Of a stretch of DNA of 64,000 nt, positions 27,114 to 36,449 are shown one piece after another. Location of the stretch: NCBI GenBank assembly GCA_963828495.1, contig CAWHFJ010000009.1:106338-170337 (forward strand), read 5' to 3'. Under the pieces are notes generated by a model. It was given only the letters and a program-made list of their open reading frames with translations. It ran no database searches and was not told where the DNA came from. Both the position numbers and the translations under genes were made by a program. How positions within the stretch are numbered: the first letter of the stretch is position 1; every line of letters starts with the position of its first letter. Origin of the DNA: Candidatus Omnitrophota bacterium. Its GTDB lineage: Bacteria > Omnitrophota > Gorgyraeia > Zapsychrales > Fredricksoniimonadaceae.

Positions 27114-27155
27114 ATCCATGAAGAAATTAATTGAAGCCAAATAGCCTGCGGGAAC

Positions 27156-28484
27156 TTATTTGATCCAACCTGCGACGGTCTGCCATAATAAATAGACATT
27201 TAATACAATAATCACGGCCGTCACTATCCATGCGAGCACTTGAAGCCATGCGGAATTCACAAAGCTTCCCATTTTCTTCTTGTCCGATGTGAACACAACC
27301 AGCGGGACTACCGCGAAACCCAATTGAAGGGATAAAATAACCTGACTAAAAATCAGCAAATCCCCTGTCCCCTTTTCCCCATACATCGAAGCCACAATCA
27401 CCGCAGGGACAATCGCGATTGATCTCGTTAACAGGCGCCTGACCCACGGACGCAGGCGGATATTCAAAAAGCCCTCCATGACGATTTGGCCTGCTAATGT
27501 CCCTGTCAGCGTCGAGTTTTGCCCCGATGCTAAAAGGGCAATCGCAAATACAATGCTGGCCATGGACGCGCCTAAAACCGGCGTTAATAAATTATACGCA
27601 TCATGGATGTCGGCCACATCCTGGTGACCGGTACCGTGAAAGGCCGCAGCACTCAGGATCAAGATCGCGGCATTAATAAAAAACGCACAAAACAAAGCGA
27701 AAGCCGAGTCTATGCCTGCGAAATGCACGGCCATCTTTTTGCCTTCTTCATTGCGTTCATACGCCCTGGTTTGCACAATACTCGAATGCAAATACAAATT
27801 ATGCGGCATGACCGTGGCCCCTAAAATGCCAACCGCAATATATAACATGCCGGGATTAGTGACGATCTCGGGTTTAGGCAATAAATTAGCAAAAAACAGC
27901 GGTAAGGAAGGATTGGCAATCATCATCTCATAGGCAAAACTCCCTGCGATTAATAATATTAAACCCGCTACCAAAGATTCAATAACGCGGAATCCCTTAT
28001 ACTGCAAAAATAAAATGACAAGCACATCCATCGCGGTTAGCAAAACACCTATTACAAGAGGAAGATGAAAAAGCAGATTCAAGGCAATGGCAGAGCCGAT
28101 GACCTCAGCCAAATCACACGCGGCAATAGCGATCTCACATCCCACCCACAACATGAAAGATACCGGTTGACTATAATGGTCCCGGCAAGCCTGGGCTAAA
28201 TCACGGTCGGTGACAATACCCAGCTTTAACGCCAAATGTTGCAGTAAAATGGCGATAAAATTGGAAAACAATATCACGGACAGTAAAATATAGCCGTATT
28301 TAGCCCCACCGGCTAAATCCGTCGCCCAGTTGCCCGGATCCATGTAACCGACCGCCACCATGAGTCCGGGCCCCAAAAAAGCCAGCATCTTACGCCCCCA
28401 ACTGGCATGGGCATCCACACGGATACTCGAATGGACTTCCGATAGGCTTACTGTTTTGCTCTCCTGCCGCCAGCCTAATCTCAT
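27156..28484 (-). CDS. mntH: Nramp-family divalent metal (Mn2+/Fe2+) transporter
   Basis: Motif GPGLMVAVGYMDPGNWATDL, 11-12 TM segments, length 442 aa. Confidence 0.92.
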   Translation of the reverse strand: MRLGWRQESKTVSLSEVHSSIRVDAHASWGRKMLAFLGPGLMVAVGYMDPGNWATDLAGGAKYGYILLSVILFSNFIAILLQHLALKLGIVTDRDLAQACRDHYSQPVSFMLWVGCEIAIAACDLAEVIGSAIALNLLFHLPLVIGVLLTAMDVLVILFLQYKGFRVIESLVAGLILLIAGSFAYEMMIANPSLPLFFANLLPKPEIVTNPGMLYIAVGILGATVMPHNLYLHSSIVQTRAYERNEEGKKMAVHFAGIDSAFALFCAFFINAAILILSAAAFHGTGHQDVADIHDAYNLLTPVLGASMASIVFAIALLASGQNSTLTGTLAGQIVMEGFLNIRLRPWVRRLLTRSIAIVPAVIVASMYGEKGTGDLLIFSQVILSLQLGFAVVPLVVFTSDKKKMGSFVNSAWLQVLAWIVTAVIIVLNVYLLWQTVAGWIK

Positions 28485-28492
28485 ATATTCTC

Positions 28493-29854
28493 CTAGGAAT
28501 ATCCTTTCGAGTATCCAATATCAATAATCCCTCTCCTAACCAAATCTTCTATCGAATCTTTCATGAACTGCATCCCTTGGTCTTTCCCCCTTAATATGTA
28601 ATCAGGAATTTGTTTCCAGTCGCCGTCACGGATCATTTTCCTTCCGGTATCATTCATCAAGAACACTTCTACAGCCGGCACCAAGCCTGCCTCTCCGACA
28701 ATGCGAGGGAAAAGTTCTTGAACAATAATGCCATTTAACACCAGGGAAAGCCGGGTCAAAATATGTTTCTGGGTCTCCGCAGGGAAAAAGGATACCACCC
28801 GATCCAAAACCTGAGAAATGCTGGCCGAATGAATGGTGGTTAAAACTAACATCCCTGACTCGGCCGCAGTCAACACCAGCTCCAGAGTTTCTACGTCTAG
28901 AGTTTCGCCTATAATCAACACATCAGGATTTTGTCTTAACGCATTACGGATAGCTGATGCGTACGAAATGGTGTCGCGGCCCAATTCTCTTTGTTTAATA
29001 ATGCATCCTCTTTGTTCTTGAATATATTCGATGGGGTCTTCAATGCTGATGATGACACCGTTAATAAGTTTACCTAAATAACTTACGAGTGAAGCCAGTG
29101 TCGTTGTTTTCCCTGATCCCGTCCGACCGGCAATAACAATGAGCCCTCTATGGCTATCTCTCATCAAGCGTTCTGTAACGCCGGGAAGCCCTAATTGGGA
29201 AGGGGTGGGAATTTTTGCATTCACAATGCGACAAATAGCCTCTACCCTACCCTGCTGGACATGTATATTAAACCTTAATCTTTTCTCTTTATAAGTAAGG
29301 ATAAAATTTATATCTTTAGACTTCATAAACTTGGCATAACTATCGTCATCCAAGAGATTCAGCAATAAATTTTTCACCGTGTATTCATCTAAAACTCTCC
29401 CTACATTTTTCAATTCTCCCATCGTCTTTACAATAATGGGGTGCCCCGCCATAAAATGGACATCCATAACATTTTGGAGATCGACGCTATCCAGAAGAGC
29501 ATAAATATTAATCTCGTGTAAAAAAGTTATTAATTTCTCTTTGTCCTGTTCTTTGATATCCTTTATCTGGGTACCCACAAGGTACTGCCTGGAGCCTGTT
29601 TTATCAATTTGGAGCCTAACAACGGATGCCGTAAAAGATATCTTCTCATTATCTGAAACATAGCAACTGATCCTGAGGGTGGAATTCAATTTAAATTCCT
29701 TATTGTCATAAAAGCCAAGTCCTCTGGCTGAGATATCAAAAGCTTCTGTGGCCACAGGAGTACCATAACGCTCATCCCCCAGATATTCCTCATACTGAAT
29801 GGTATTTTTATACTTAAGGCGTTGGTCTTTCCTTTGATTAGATTTTGTCTGCAT
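28493..29854 (-). CDS. PilZ domain fused to a PilT/PilU-type hexameric ATPase
   Basis: N-terminal PilZ motifs RKDQR and DISARG. PilT N-domain. Walker A GRTGSGKTTT, Asp box SIEDPIEY, Walker B DVLIIGE, His box LTTIHS. Confidence 0.85.
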   Translation of the reverse strand: MQTKSNQRKDQRLKYKNTIQYEEYLGDERYGTPVATEAFDISARGLGFYDNKEFKLNSTLRISCYVSDNEKISFTASVVRLQIDKTGSRQYLVGTQIKDIKEQDKEKLITFLHEINIYALLDSVDLQNVMDVHFMAGHPIIVKTMGELKNVGRVLDEYTVKNLLLNLLDDDSYAKFMKSKDINFILTYKEKRLRFNIHVQQGRVEAICRIVNAKIPTPSQLGLPGVTERLMRDSHRGLIVIAGRTGSGKTTTLASLVSYLGKLINGVIISIEDPIEYIQEQRGCIIKQRELGRDTISYASAIRNALRQNPDVLIIGETLDVETLELVLTAAESGMLVLTTIHSASISQVLDRVVSFFPAETQKHILTRLSLVLNGIIVQELFPRIVGEAGLVPAVEVFLMNDTGRKMIRDGDWKQIPDYILRGKDQGMQFMKDSIEDLVRRGIIDIGYSKGYS

Positions 29855-29955
29855 ACAGACCTCCTGTTTATACTATCTTCAAACAAATTATAGTAACTTT
29901 TTGGATGACTTTAATCAATATTTACTTAATTTGCTTAAGGAGAATAAAAAAAATA

Positions 29956-30963
29956 TTACGAGGAAGGATGCGCGCAGGACTCGCGCACAATCAAATCAGG
30001 AGCAAAGACTTTGTGGACTACACCTTTTTGCTTACCGGTCATAATTTCATAAATCACTTTTGTCGCCTCTTCCCCCATGGTAAACAACGGCTGTTTGATC
30101 GTCGTCAATCCAACAGGGCCAAACAAGCCGGCGGGATTATCATCAAACCCGATAATCGAAATATCTTCAGGGACTTTAATACCGTTTTCCATGGCGACCG
30201 AAATAATCTCCAAAGCCATGTCATCGCTAGCCGCAAAAATAGCCGTGGGAGGATTATCCAAAGAAAAAAAACGTTCGGATGCCAAACGGGCCGACCGACG
30301 GGAATAGTCCCCCTTATACACATAATCCGGCGGAGAGTCGATCCCATGCACAGCCAAGGCATTCTGGAAACCCTCAAACCTGTCTATGCCCGCCTGTGTC
30401 TGCATATTACCGGTGATGGTGGCGATACGCTTGTGGCCTAAATTGACCAGATATTCCGCCGCCGTAAAACCGCCTTTGACATTGTCCACGGCAATGTAGC
30501 TCACTTCTAAATCTTTGACAATATGGTTAAGGACCAGGCAAGGGGTCGCTTCACGTATGGCTGATTCAACCTGAGTCCGGTTTTCAATGATATCTGCGAA
30601 GATAAGACCTCCGGCATAACTCGAGCGTAACGGATTAGTCCCGTCAGTAATATGAAAAATTAAATCTAACCGCAGGGTTTCGCAACCATGGCCGATGCCG
30701 CGTATCAACTCCACGGCATAAAAAGAATGAAAAATACCGGGATACCCGGGCATAACAAAGCCGATGGCCGTGTTCTCTATCCCACGGGCCAAACGTTGGG
30801 CCGTAGGGTTGGGCTTGAACTTTAACTCGGTGATGACCTGTTGCACACGTTGGGCGACTTCTTTATTGACCGTGGGGACTTTATTGAGGACGCGGGAAAC
30901 GGTGGTGATGGAAACTTTTGCCCGTCTGGCGACATCAGTTATGCTTATTTTTTTTTCGACCAC
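29956..30963 (-). CDS. LacI-family transcriptional regulator
   Basis: N-terminal HTH ITDVARRAKVSITTVSRVLN followed by a periplasmic-binding-protein-like sugar-binding core. Confidence 0.9.
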   Translation of the reverse strand: MVEKKISITDVARRAKVSITTVSRVLNKVPTVNKEVAQRVQQVITELKFKPNPTAQRLARGIENTAIGFVMPGYPGIFHSFYAVELIRGIGHGCETLRLDLIFHITDGTNPLRSSYAGGLIFADIIENRTQVESAIREATPCLVLNHIVKDLEVSYIAVDNVKGGFTAAEYLVNLGHKRIATITGNMQTQAGIDRFEGFQNALAVHGIDSPPDYVYKGDYSRRSARLASERFFSLDNPPTAIFAASDDMALEIISVAMENGIKVPEDISIIGFDDNPAGLFGPVGLTTIKQPLFTMGEEATKVIYEIMTGKQKGVVHKVFAPDLIVRESCAHPSS

Positions 30964-31001
30964 GTTGAAGGGTAACGAATGGATGAAAGGTTTAAAACTA
31001 A

Positions 31002-32294
31002 TTAAAGTCTGACAGTGTCCCCCACTCTAAGCTCAGTGGATTTATCCTTGATGTCCGCAGCACAAATATCACGACGCACCTGAATGACTTCCAACGTAGC
31101 GATTGCTCTTGAATCGCGATACACTCTCAAAACACTACCAACGCCCACAGGAGAGTTGGCTTGGCCTAAATCCGCGATAACGAAATTACTGCTTTCATTA
31201 ATACTGATAATAGCCCCCTGGTTCTTAGATGCCACGGGAGACGTAAAAGCTCCCTGCCCCTGGTTGTTGGGCGCATTGACAATAATGGGAGGCAACTCCA
31301 TACCGCCCGCGGCAGAAGATGGGGCAACAGAATTTTCAGAAAGTCTTTTATCCAGGCTTTGTTTAATTTTCCAAATGTCATCAATGCGGCTTTGGATCAC
31401 GCTTTCGGTCTCAACTAATTTTTTCTGCATAGCATCTTTCTCATCCGTCAAGCGGGAAATCGTCTTCTCCAAAGCGAGCTTAGTGGAGGTCAGGCCCCTG
31501 ATCTCTGCCAGCAATTCTATGTTCTCTTCTTTGACCTTATCGGCGCGGTCATTCACGGCTTTTTGATCATTGCGTGCGCGGGCTAAATCAATGGAAAGCG
31601 TGTCGGCCAAATCTCCGCCATATTTAACTTTTTGGGCAATTTCATCTTTTTCATGAGTGACCTGTTTGACCTGCAGCTCCAGATCGGAATTCTGTTTCTT
31701 TAATTCCACGACTTGTAAAGCGGCTTGGTCCAATTCGGATTTGCTTTTCTCAATCTCCAGTTGTAAAGCGGCCTTCTGCTTAAGCACGGAAGCCCAGTAC
31801 TGATCCCCTTGGGCTGAAGTCACATCCACGACGGGCGCTGGTGCGGGGGTACTCGACGGCGGGGCCTGGATAATACGGTCTTTATAAACGATCTGGGTCG
31901 GGCGGTCTTTTAACTTTTGCATCAAATCGTCACGTTCGCGGGTAATGGTATCAACGCGATTTTTATAATCATCCCGCTCAGAATTCGCCTGATCAATCTG
32001 TGATTGCAAATCAGCGGACTTGCGCTTCACTTCATCATAAAGATTTTGGGTCTCTGTCTTTGCCTGATCGGCCTGTGAAACTTTAGTATTCAGTTGGTCT
32101 GCATCACCCTGCAATTTTTTGACTTGGGCCAAAAGCCCTGCTTCTCTGCTTTGATTGTCGGAGATTTGCGAGCGCAAATGTTGAACTTGCCCTTCAAGCG
32201 CCTGTTTTTGCATTAATGTCGAAACAGCAACTGCCGCACTAGCCACCACAAGTATTGCTAAAACCCCCACTCCCAAACGTACGGCTTTGGACAT
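31002..32294 (-). CDS. membrane-anchored long coiled-coil protein with a small C-terminal beta domain
   Basis: N-terminal TM segment (LGVGVLAILVVASAAVAV), about 270 aa of heptad-rich sequence, and a C-terminal ~70-aa domain. No family recognised. Confidence 0.6.
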   Translation of the reverse strand: MSKAVRLGVGVLAILVVASAAVAVSTLMQKQALEGQVQHLRSQISDNQSREAGLLAQVKKLQGDADQLNTKVSQADQAKTETQNLYDEVKRKSADLQSQIDQANSERDDYKNRVDTITRERDDLMQKLKDRPTQIVYKDRIIQAPPSSTPAPAPVVDVTSAQGDQYWASVLKQKAALQLEIEKSKSELDQAALQVVELKKQNSDLELQVKQVTHEKDEIAQKVKYGGDLADTLSIDLARARNDQKAVNDRADKVKEENIELLAEIRGLTSTKLALEKTISRLTDEKDAMQKKLVETESVIQSRIDDIWKIKQSLDKRLSENSVAPSSAAGGMELPPIIVNAPNNQGQGAFTSPVASKNQGAIISINESSNFVIADLGQANSPVGVGSVLRVYRDSRAIATLEVIQVRRDICAADIKDKSTELRVGDTVRL

Positions 32295-32394
32295 ACCCTC
32301 TCCTAAATATATTTGTAATATACAAAATATAACAAACAGGGAGCCTTAATACAAGAAGATTTACAAAAAAATTTATTCTTAAAAAATCGATACT

Positions 32395-32961
32395 TTATTC
32401 ATAACGGATATGGGCAAGATAAAATACACACGAAGAAGGATTGTCATCCGTATTGGCAATCCAGGCAAATCCTCCGCTGATATAAGTCAAATCTTTGTCA
32501 CGTAAATCAATGGCATATTCTTTCCACTCTTTGGAGAGAATCACCGGACCGATGGAGGCCGTATCCGAATCGGGATATTCCCGGCCATTGCCTACCCCGC
32601 CTAACCTGAATTCCGCGATCCTCTCGCCGCCGGCCTCCCCGCGGGCCCAAAACACCAAACGACGGGCACCCGTTAAATTATATCCGCCTTTTCGATCCCC
32701 CCAATTATCCGCCGGATTAAGCCAGTAGACTCCGGCCCACCGTCGACTTTTTAAAGAACAGCCGGTATCATAAACGACTTTAATACAACTTGTATTCTCA
32801 TGGCAATTATCTCTCCACGCATCATCCATTTTAATGCACTCGCCGGTGGGCATATAGCCGGAGGGTACAAAACGATTTAAAGAACCCTTGTCTTGATAAA
32901 CGACAAACGGCTTAAAGGGTTTAGTTTTCTCCTCACCGGGGATGGTCGCTGTTTTGAGCAT
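32395..32961 (-). CDS. beta-sandwich (carbohydrate-binding-module-like) protein, probably secreted; 5' end appears frame-disrupted
   Basis: WAGVYW..NWG..L.F.ARGE.GGE..EF..GG pattern. A signal-peptide-like ATG ORF at 33007 lies in another frame across a T8 run. Confidence 0.6.
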   Translation of the reverse strand: MLKTATIPGEEKTKPFKPFVVYQDKGSLNRFVPSGYMPTGECIKMDDAWRDNCHENTSCIKVVYDTGCSLKSRRWAGVYWLNPADNWGDRKGGYNLTGARRLVFWARGEAGGERIAEFRLGGVGNGREYPDSDTASIGPVILSKEWKEYAIDLRDKDLTYISGGFAWIANTDDNPSSCVFYLAHIRYE

Positions 32962-33027
32962 GGGCCAGGCAGGGAATAAAAAAAAGACAAATAAGTAAAT
33001 AATTCATAAGAAGGATTCGGCATGAAT

Positions 33028-33071
33028 GAGGACAGCGCCTTATTTTTGGTAAAAATAGTGGCGCTGTCCTC
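33028..33071 (-). terminator. long perfect hairpin just downstream of the 33079 gene
   Basis: GAGGACAGCGCC (33028..33039) and GGCGCTGTCCTC (33060..33071) form a 12-bp perfect stem with a 20-nt loop. There is no clear U-tract. Confidence 0.35.
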
Positions 33072-33078
33072 TAATTAA

Positions 33079-33831
33079 TTAAACATTATCCAATTCCGCT
33101 AATTTCTGCTGAGCGGCTTCGGCAGGTTTCCAGAACCAACCGTTAGGATCCCAACATTGCGCGTACAAGAACTCGTTGATGACTCTCTTATACGCCTTAA
33201 CGGCATCTTCTTTTTTGCCGGCATTTTGATAAGCTTCACCCAAAATAAACAGGGCCGTACCGACATCATTAAGTGCCCAATAACTAAAAGTTTTCTCTTT
33301 CGATTCCCACGCATATTCTTTCAAACTCGACTGCATGGTCTTGGCTTTGCCCTCGTATAATTCCAAGGTCTTATTGACATACGCTTCCACGGCCTTAAGA
33401 TCATTGGCCGCCAGAGCCGCCCATGCCTTCTGCACTAATTGATTGGAAGAATAATCGCCGAAATTCCAATTCACCCCGGCCGCAATCATATCCAATTTTT
33501 CTTTGGCTGCTGCCGCAGGCTTCCAAAACCAGCCTTTGGTGTCCCAAGTCTGACCGAAAGAATAATCGCTAATGACTTTATTATAAGCCTCTTTCGCTTC
33601 ATCTTTCATATTGGCATTTTGATAAGCTTCCCCTTGAATGTAATAGCTGGTTGCCACATCATTAAGGGCCCAATATTTGAAGATATCATCATTAGAACCG
33701 GTCACATAATCTTTCAAGCTGGCCTGCATCTTTTTGGCCTGCGCGGCATACAGTGAAATACATTTATTAGTGTACGCCAACACAGACTCAATATCATTTT
33801 GAGCCAATGCTTGCCACGCCTTGGTGGCCAA
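33079..33831 (-). CDS. secreted protein made of two ~125-aa helical (TPR-like) modules; signal-peptide exon in another frame (33857..34030)
   Basis: Internal duplication: KAWQALAQND...WFWKPAAAAKEKLD and KAWAALAAND...WFWKPAEAAQQKLA. An upstream ATG at 34030 encodes MKKWESLLIIAVFGFCATNVFAQD. Confidence 0.65.
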   Translation of the reverse strand: MATKAWQALAQNDIESVLAYTNKCISLYAAQAKKMQASLKDYVTGSNDDIFKYWALNDVATSYYIQGEAYQNANMKDEAKEAYNKVISDYSFGQTWDTKGWFWKPAAAAKEKLDMIAAGVNWNFGDYSSNQLVQKAWAALAANDLKAVEAYVNKTLELYEGKAKTMQSSLKEYAWESKEKTFSYWALNDVGTALFILGEAYQNAGKKEDAVKAYKRVINEFLYAQCWDPNGWFWKPAEAAQQKLAELDNV

Positions 33832-34095
33832 GGTCGTAGACCGGTAATCGCCGAAATTAATCGGCGCTTTGACCCTGGCCTGCTCTGCGCCTGCCGCTCT
33901 GAGCCACCGGTGCCGGTTGAGCCTCAGAAGCCGCTTTAGCAGCGCTCACCGCCGCCTGGTCTTGAGCGAAAACATTTGTCGCACAAAAACCGAATACTGC
34001 AATAATTAAAAGACTTTCCCATTTCTTCATACCGTACTCCCTCCTTAATGTTAGGTTCTAGAAATAAAATGCCCCTGCTCCATGCAGGTGGCGTG

Positions 34096-36411
34096 CTAAG
34101 ACTTCCAAAGTTCCTTATAAGTATAATATACTTTCCTACCTTCGCGCAAGTACGGGCTTTGAGAGCCGTCTCCCTGGCCAAAAATGCCAAACCACTCTTC
34201 AAAATAATAACCGCCCGGGAAAGGCCCCACCGCGTCCGCTTTAGTGGAATGAATGGAAGGTGTATAATTTTTCCACCATTCATCCAGCCACTCAAAAGCC
34301 ATACCACCGACGGAATTTCCCACACCGTCTTCGAAACCTGCGCTGTTATAAAGGATATCCAGCCAATTGCCTTTATGATAATCCGCCTGCGCCTGCTGGG
34401 CCTGTTCATAACTCATGCTTGCCCCCCCATAAGACGGAGCCCCGTATTCCGTAATAAAAGCCGGCTTATCCGCATACTCGGCCACATCCTCCCAGAAAGA
34501 ACCGAATCCGTAATCCCCGCGATAAATATTGGCCCCGTAAGCATCCACATCCGGAGCATATTTGCCGAATTTTTCCAAAAATAAAGTATCCCCCTGACAG
34601 ATCGCCACCGGATGGTTGGGGTCGATAGATTTAATCATCTGCGCCACTTTATTGATAAATTTAAAATAGGCCACAGGTTTTTTATCGGCGTTGGACGCCA
34701 CTCCGTAATTATTTTCATTGCCTAAAATCCACATAAGAATATACGGTTGGTCCTTGAACTCCATGACCATTTCCCTGACATACGCCATCATATTTTCTTG
34801 ATGCACGGGGTTTTCATAATCCGTGCCGTCCGACCAACTGGCCCCGGAGCCGATCGCGTATTTGCCTATGAAATTACTCAACGCCACCTTAAACCCGTAC
34901 TCCTTATACATTTTTTCCAAGAGGGCCTTGTCGGATTTCATGTAGGCCTGATAGTAGATGCGTAACGTGTTGACCCCCATATCTTTCATCAGCTTAAAAT
35001 CACCGACCACAGGCTCATCGTCATGACGTCTATTGTCCCCATATTTATCCACCCATGCTTCATAGGGCGCATCAATGGTGCCGTTATGATTATCGTCTTC
35101 CTGCATCCAATCCACCAAGGTCCCATTGTCAGGGCTTTGTCCTACTTTGGTGGGCATATACGCCATGCCTTTGATCAGAAAAGGTTTATTGTCCACCAAT
35201 AACTGCCAGTGGCCGCTTTCATATTTGACAAAACGCACCTGGCCCTGCCCTGAATAAAAAAGGGGTTTCCCTAAAGGCATTTTAGGCGGCTGCCAATTTA
35301 ATTTTTGTTTGGCACGCTCAAGCGCGCTTAACTTGCGGATAACCCCGGGCTTAGTGATCGTCACATACTTATGAGGATCATCGGCATTAAGGATGCGTAT
35401 CTTGCCCCATTTGTATTCCAAATGCAGTTTAGGATGAATGCGGGTCAAATATTGAATTTTGGCCACCGCCGCCTGGGCCGGATACCACGGGGTCTGCCAA
35501 TACGTCCACGCTACTGTAGACGGAAAATTCACAATCAGCGCATGGTAGGCCTTAATGGCATCCTGATACATGCCGGCCTTTTCAAAAATGTTGCCTATAT
35601 AAAATAATCGAACGCCCCAAGATTCGGGCGCGGTAAACCATTTATAAAAAGCAGCTTGTAAGTCCGGTGTGTTGACAAAATCCCAATGACTGCCCTGCAG
35701 GCGCCCTTCTTTTAAAGCTTGCCTATACCCGGGGTCTCTATACACATCCGCTATATTAGGGTAAATACCTTCACCCGACGCTGCCACTAACCCCGCCTGA
35801 TCAGTGATTTGATAATGGAAATCCTTGGTCCCTACATTAAGGAATTTACCGTATCGCTGATAATCAACGATCTGTTCTGTTCCCGGGAACGTCAACACCG
35901 GTATGGTTCGAGGGGCTTGCTTGACGGGGGCCGCGACTTGGGAGGGTGTTTTGCCTTCCATCGTATCAATGCTGGCCTGCGATTTTTCCGCCACTGACCA
36001 GTAAGTGCCGCGGCTGGGATCAAAACTCTGGGCCCAGGGATATTGAGCGATAATATTTTTGAACTGAAGTATCGCTTCATCATTTTTCCCCTGATGCATG
36101 AGGGCCTCAGCCTTGATAAACAAACAGGTAGCCACATCCGACATAATTTTGTAATCATCTCTTTGACTGGCAACAGGGAAATGACTTAACTGGGAGGCTA
36201 ACGCTTGGGCCTTGTCGCCGTAGGTTTTAGTTATTTCATCAACTAAATCCGCAAGGGTTTTTAAATCCCCTTCATTGGAAGCTTTCCAGGACAAACGCAC
36301 AAGTTCAGAAGAGGAGCGCTCTTGCGTCTGGGCATAGACAACAACTGCCGTAGAAATAAGAAGCGTCACCACGAGGGCTGAAAAAAGGCCTTTAACGATA
36401 TATTTTTGCAT
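34096..36411 (-). CDS. secreted clan GH-A (TIM-barrel) glycoside hydrolase with N-terminal TPR-like modules
   Basis: Signal peptide from ATG 36411 (MQKYIVKGLFSALVVTLLISTAVVVYA). Acid/base motif WILGNENNYG and nucleophile motif FITEYGAP. The N-terminal modules are homologous to the 33079 protein. Confidence 0.75.
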   Translation of the reverse strand: MQKYIVKGLFSALVVTLLISTAVVVYAQTQERSSSELVRLSWKASNEGDLKTLADLVDEITKTYGDKAQALASQLSHFPVASQRDDYKIMSDVATCLFIKAEALMHQGKNDEAILQFKNIIAQYPWAQSFDPSRGTYWSVAEKSQASIDTMEGKTPSQVAAPVKQAPRTIPVLTFPGTEQIVDYQRYGKFLNVGTKDFHYQITDQAGLVAASGEGIYPNIADVYRDPGYRQALKEGRLQGSHWDFVNTPDLQAAFYKWFTAPESWGVRLFYIGNIFEKAGMYQDAIKAYHALIVNFPSTVAWTYWQTPWYPAQAAVAKIQYLTRIHPKLHLEYKWGKIRILNADDPHKYVTITKPGVIRKLSALERAKQKLNWQPPKMPLGKPLFYSGQGQVRFVKYESGHWQLLVDNKPFLIKGMAYMPTKVGQSPDNGTLVDWMQEDDNHNGTIDAPYEAWVDKYGDNRRHDDEPVVGDFKLMKDMGVNTLRIYYQAYMKSDKALLEKMYKEYGFKVALSNFIGKYAIGSGASWSDGTDYENPVHQENMMAYVREMVMEFKDQPYILMWILGNENNYGVASNADKKPVAYFKFINKVAQMIKSIDPNHPVAICQGDTLFLEKFGKYAPDVDAYGANIYRGDYGFGSFWEDVAEYADKPAFITEYGAPSYGGASMSYEQAQQAQADYHKGNWLDILYNSAGFEDGVGNSVGGMAFEWLDEWWKNYTPSIHSTKADAVGPFPGGYYFEEWFGIFGQGDGSQSPYLREGRKVYYTYKELWKS

Positions 36412-36449
36412 GACCAAGTATAGCATAATAATGCGTATCCCTGCCAATG

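Noticed and set aside
26954-27199. ORFs read through the repeat elements (14026..14220, 26954..27199, 52507..52728), as does the long N-terminal extension of nth (to 52666).
   Set aside because: The same repeat DNA is read in different frames in different copies. The peptides have no conserved frame or start context. Shorter gene models with proper starts explain the flanking genes.
33936-34409. A 157-aa minus-strand ORF overlaps the 3' end of the GH-A hydrolase gene and the signal-peptide region of the next gene.
   Set aside because: It is out of frame with both better-supported genes, Arg-rich and of low complexity. It is most simply a chance ORF.
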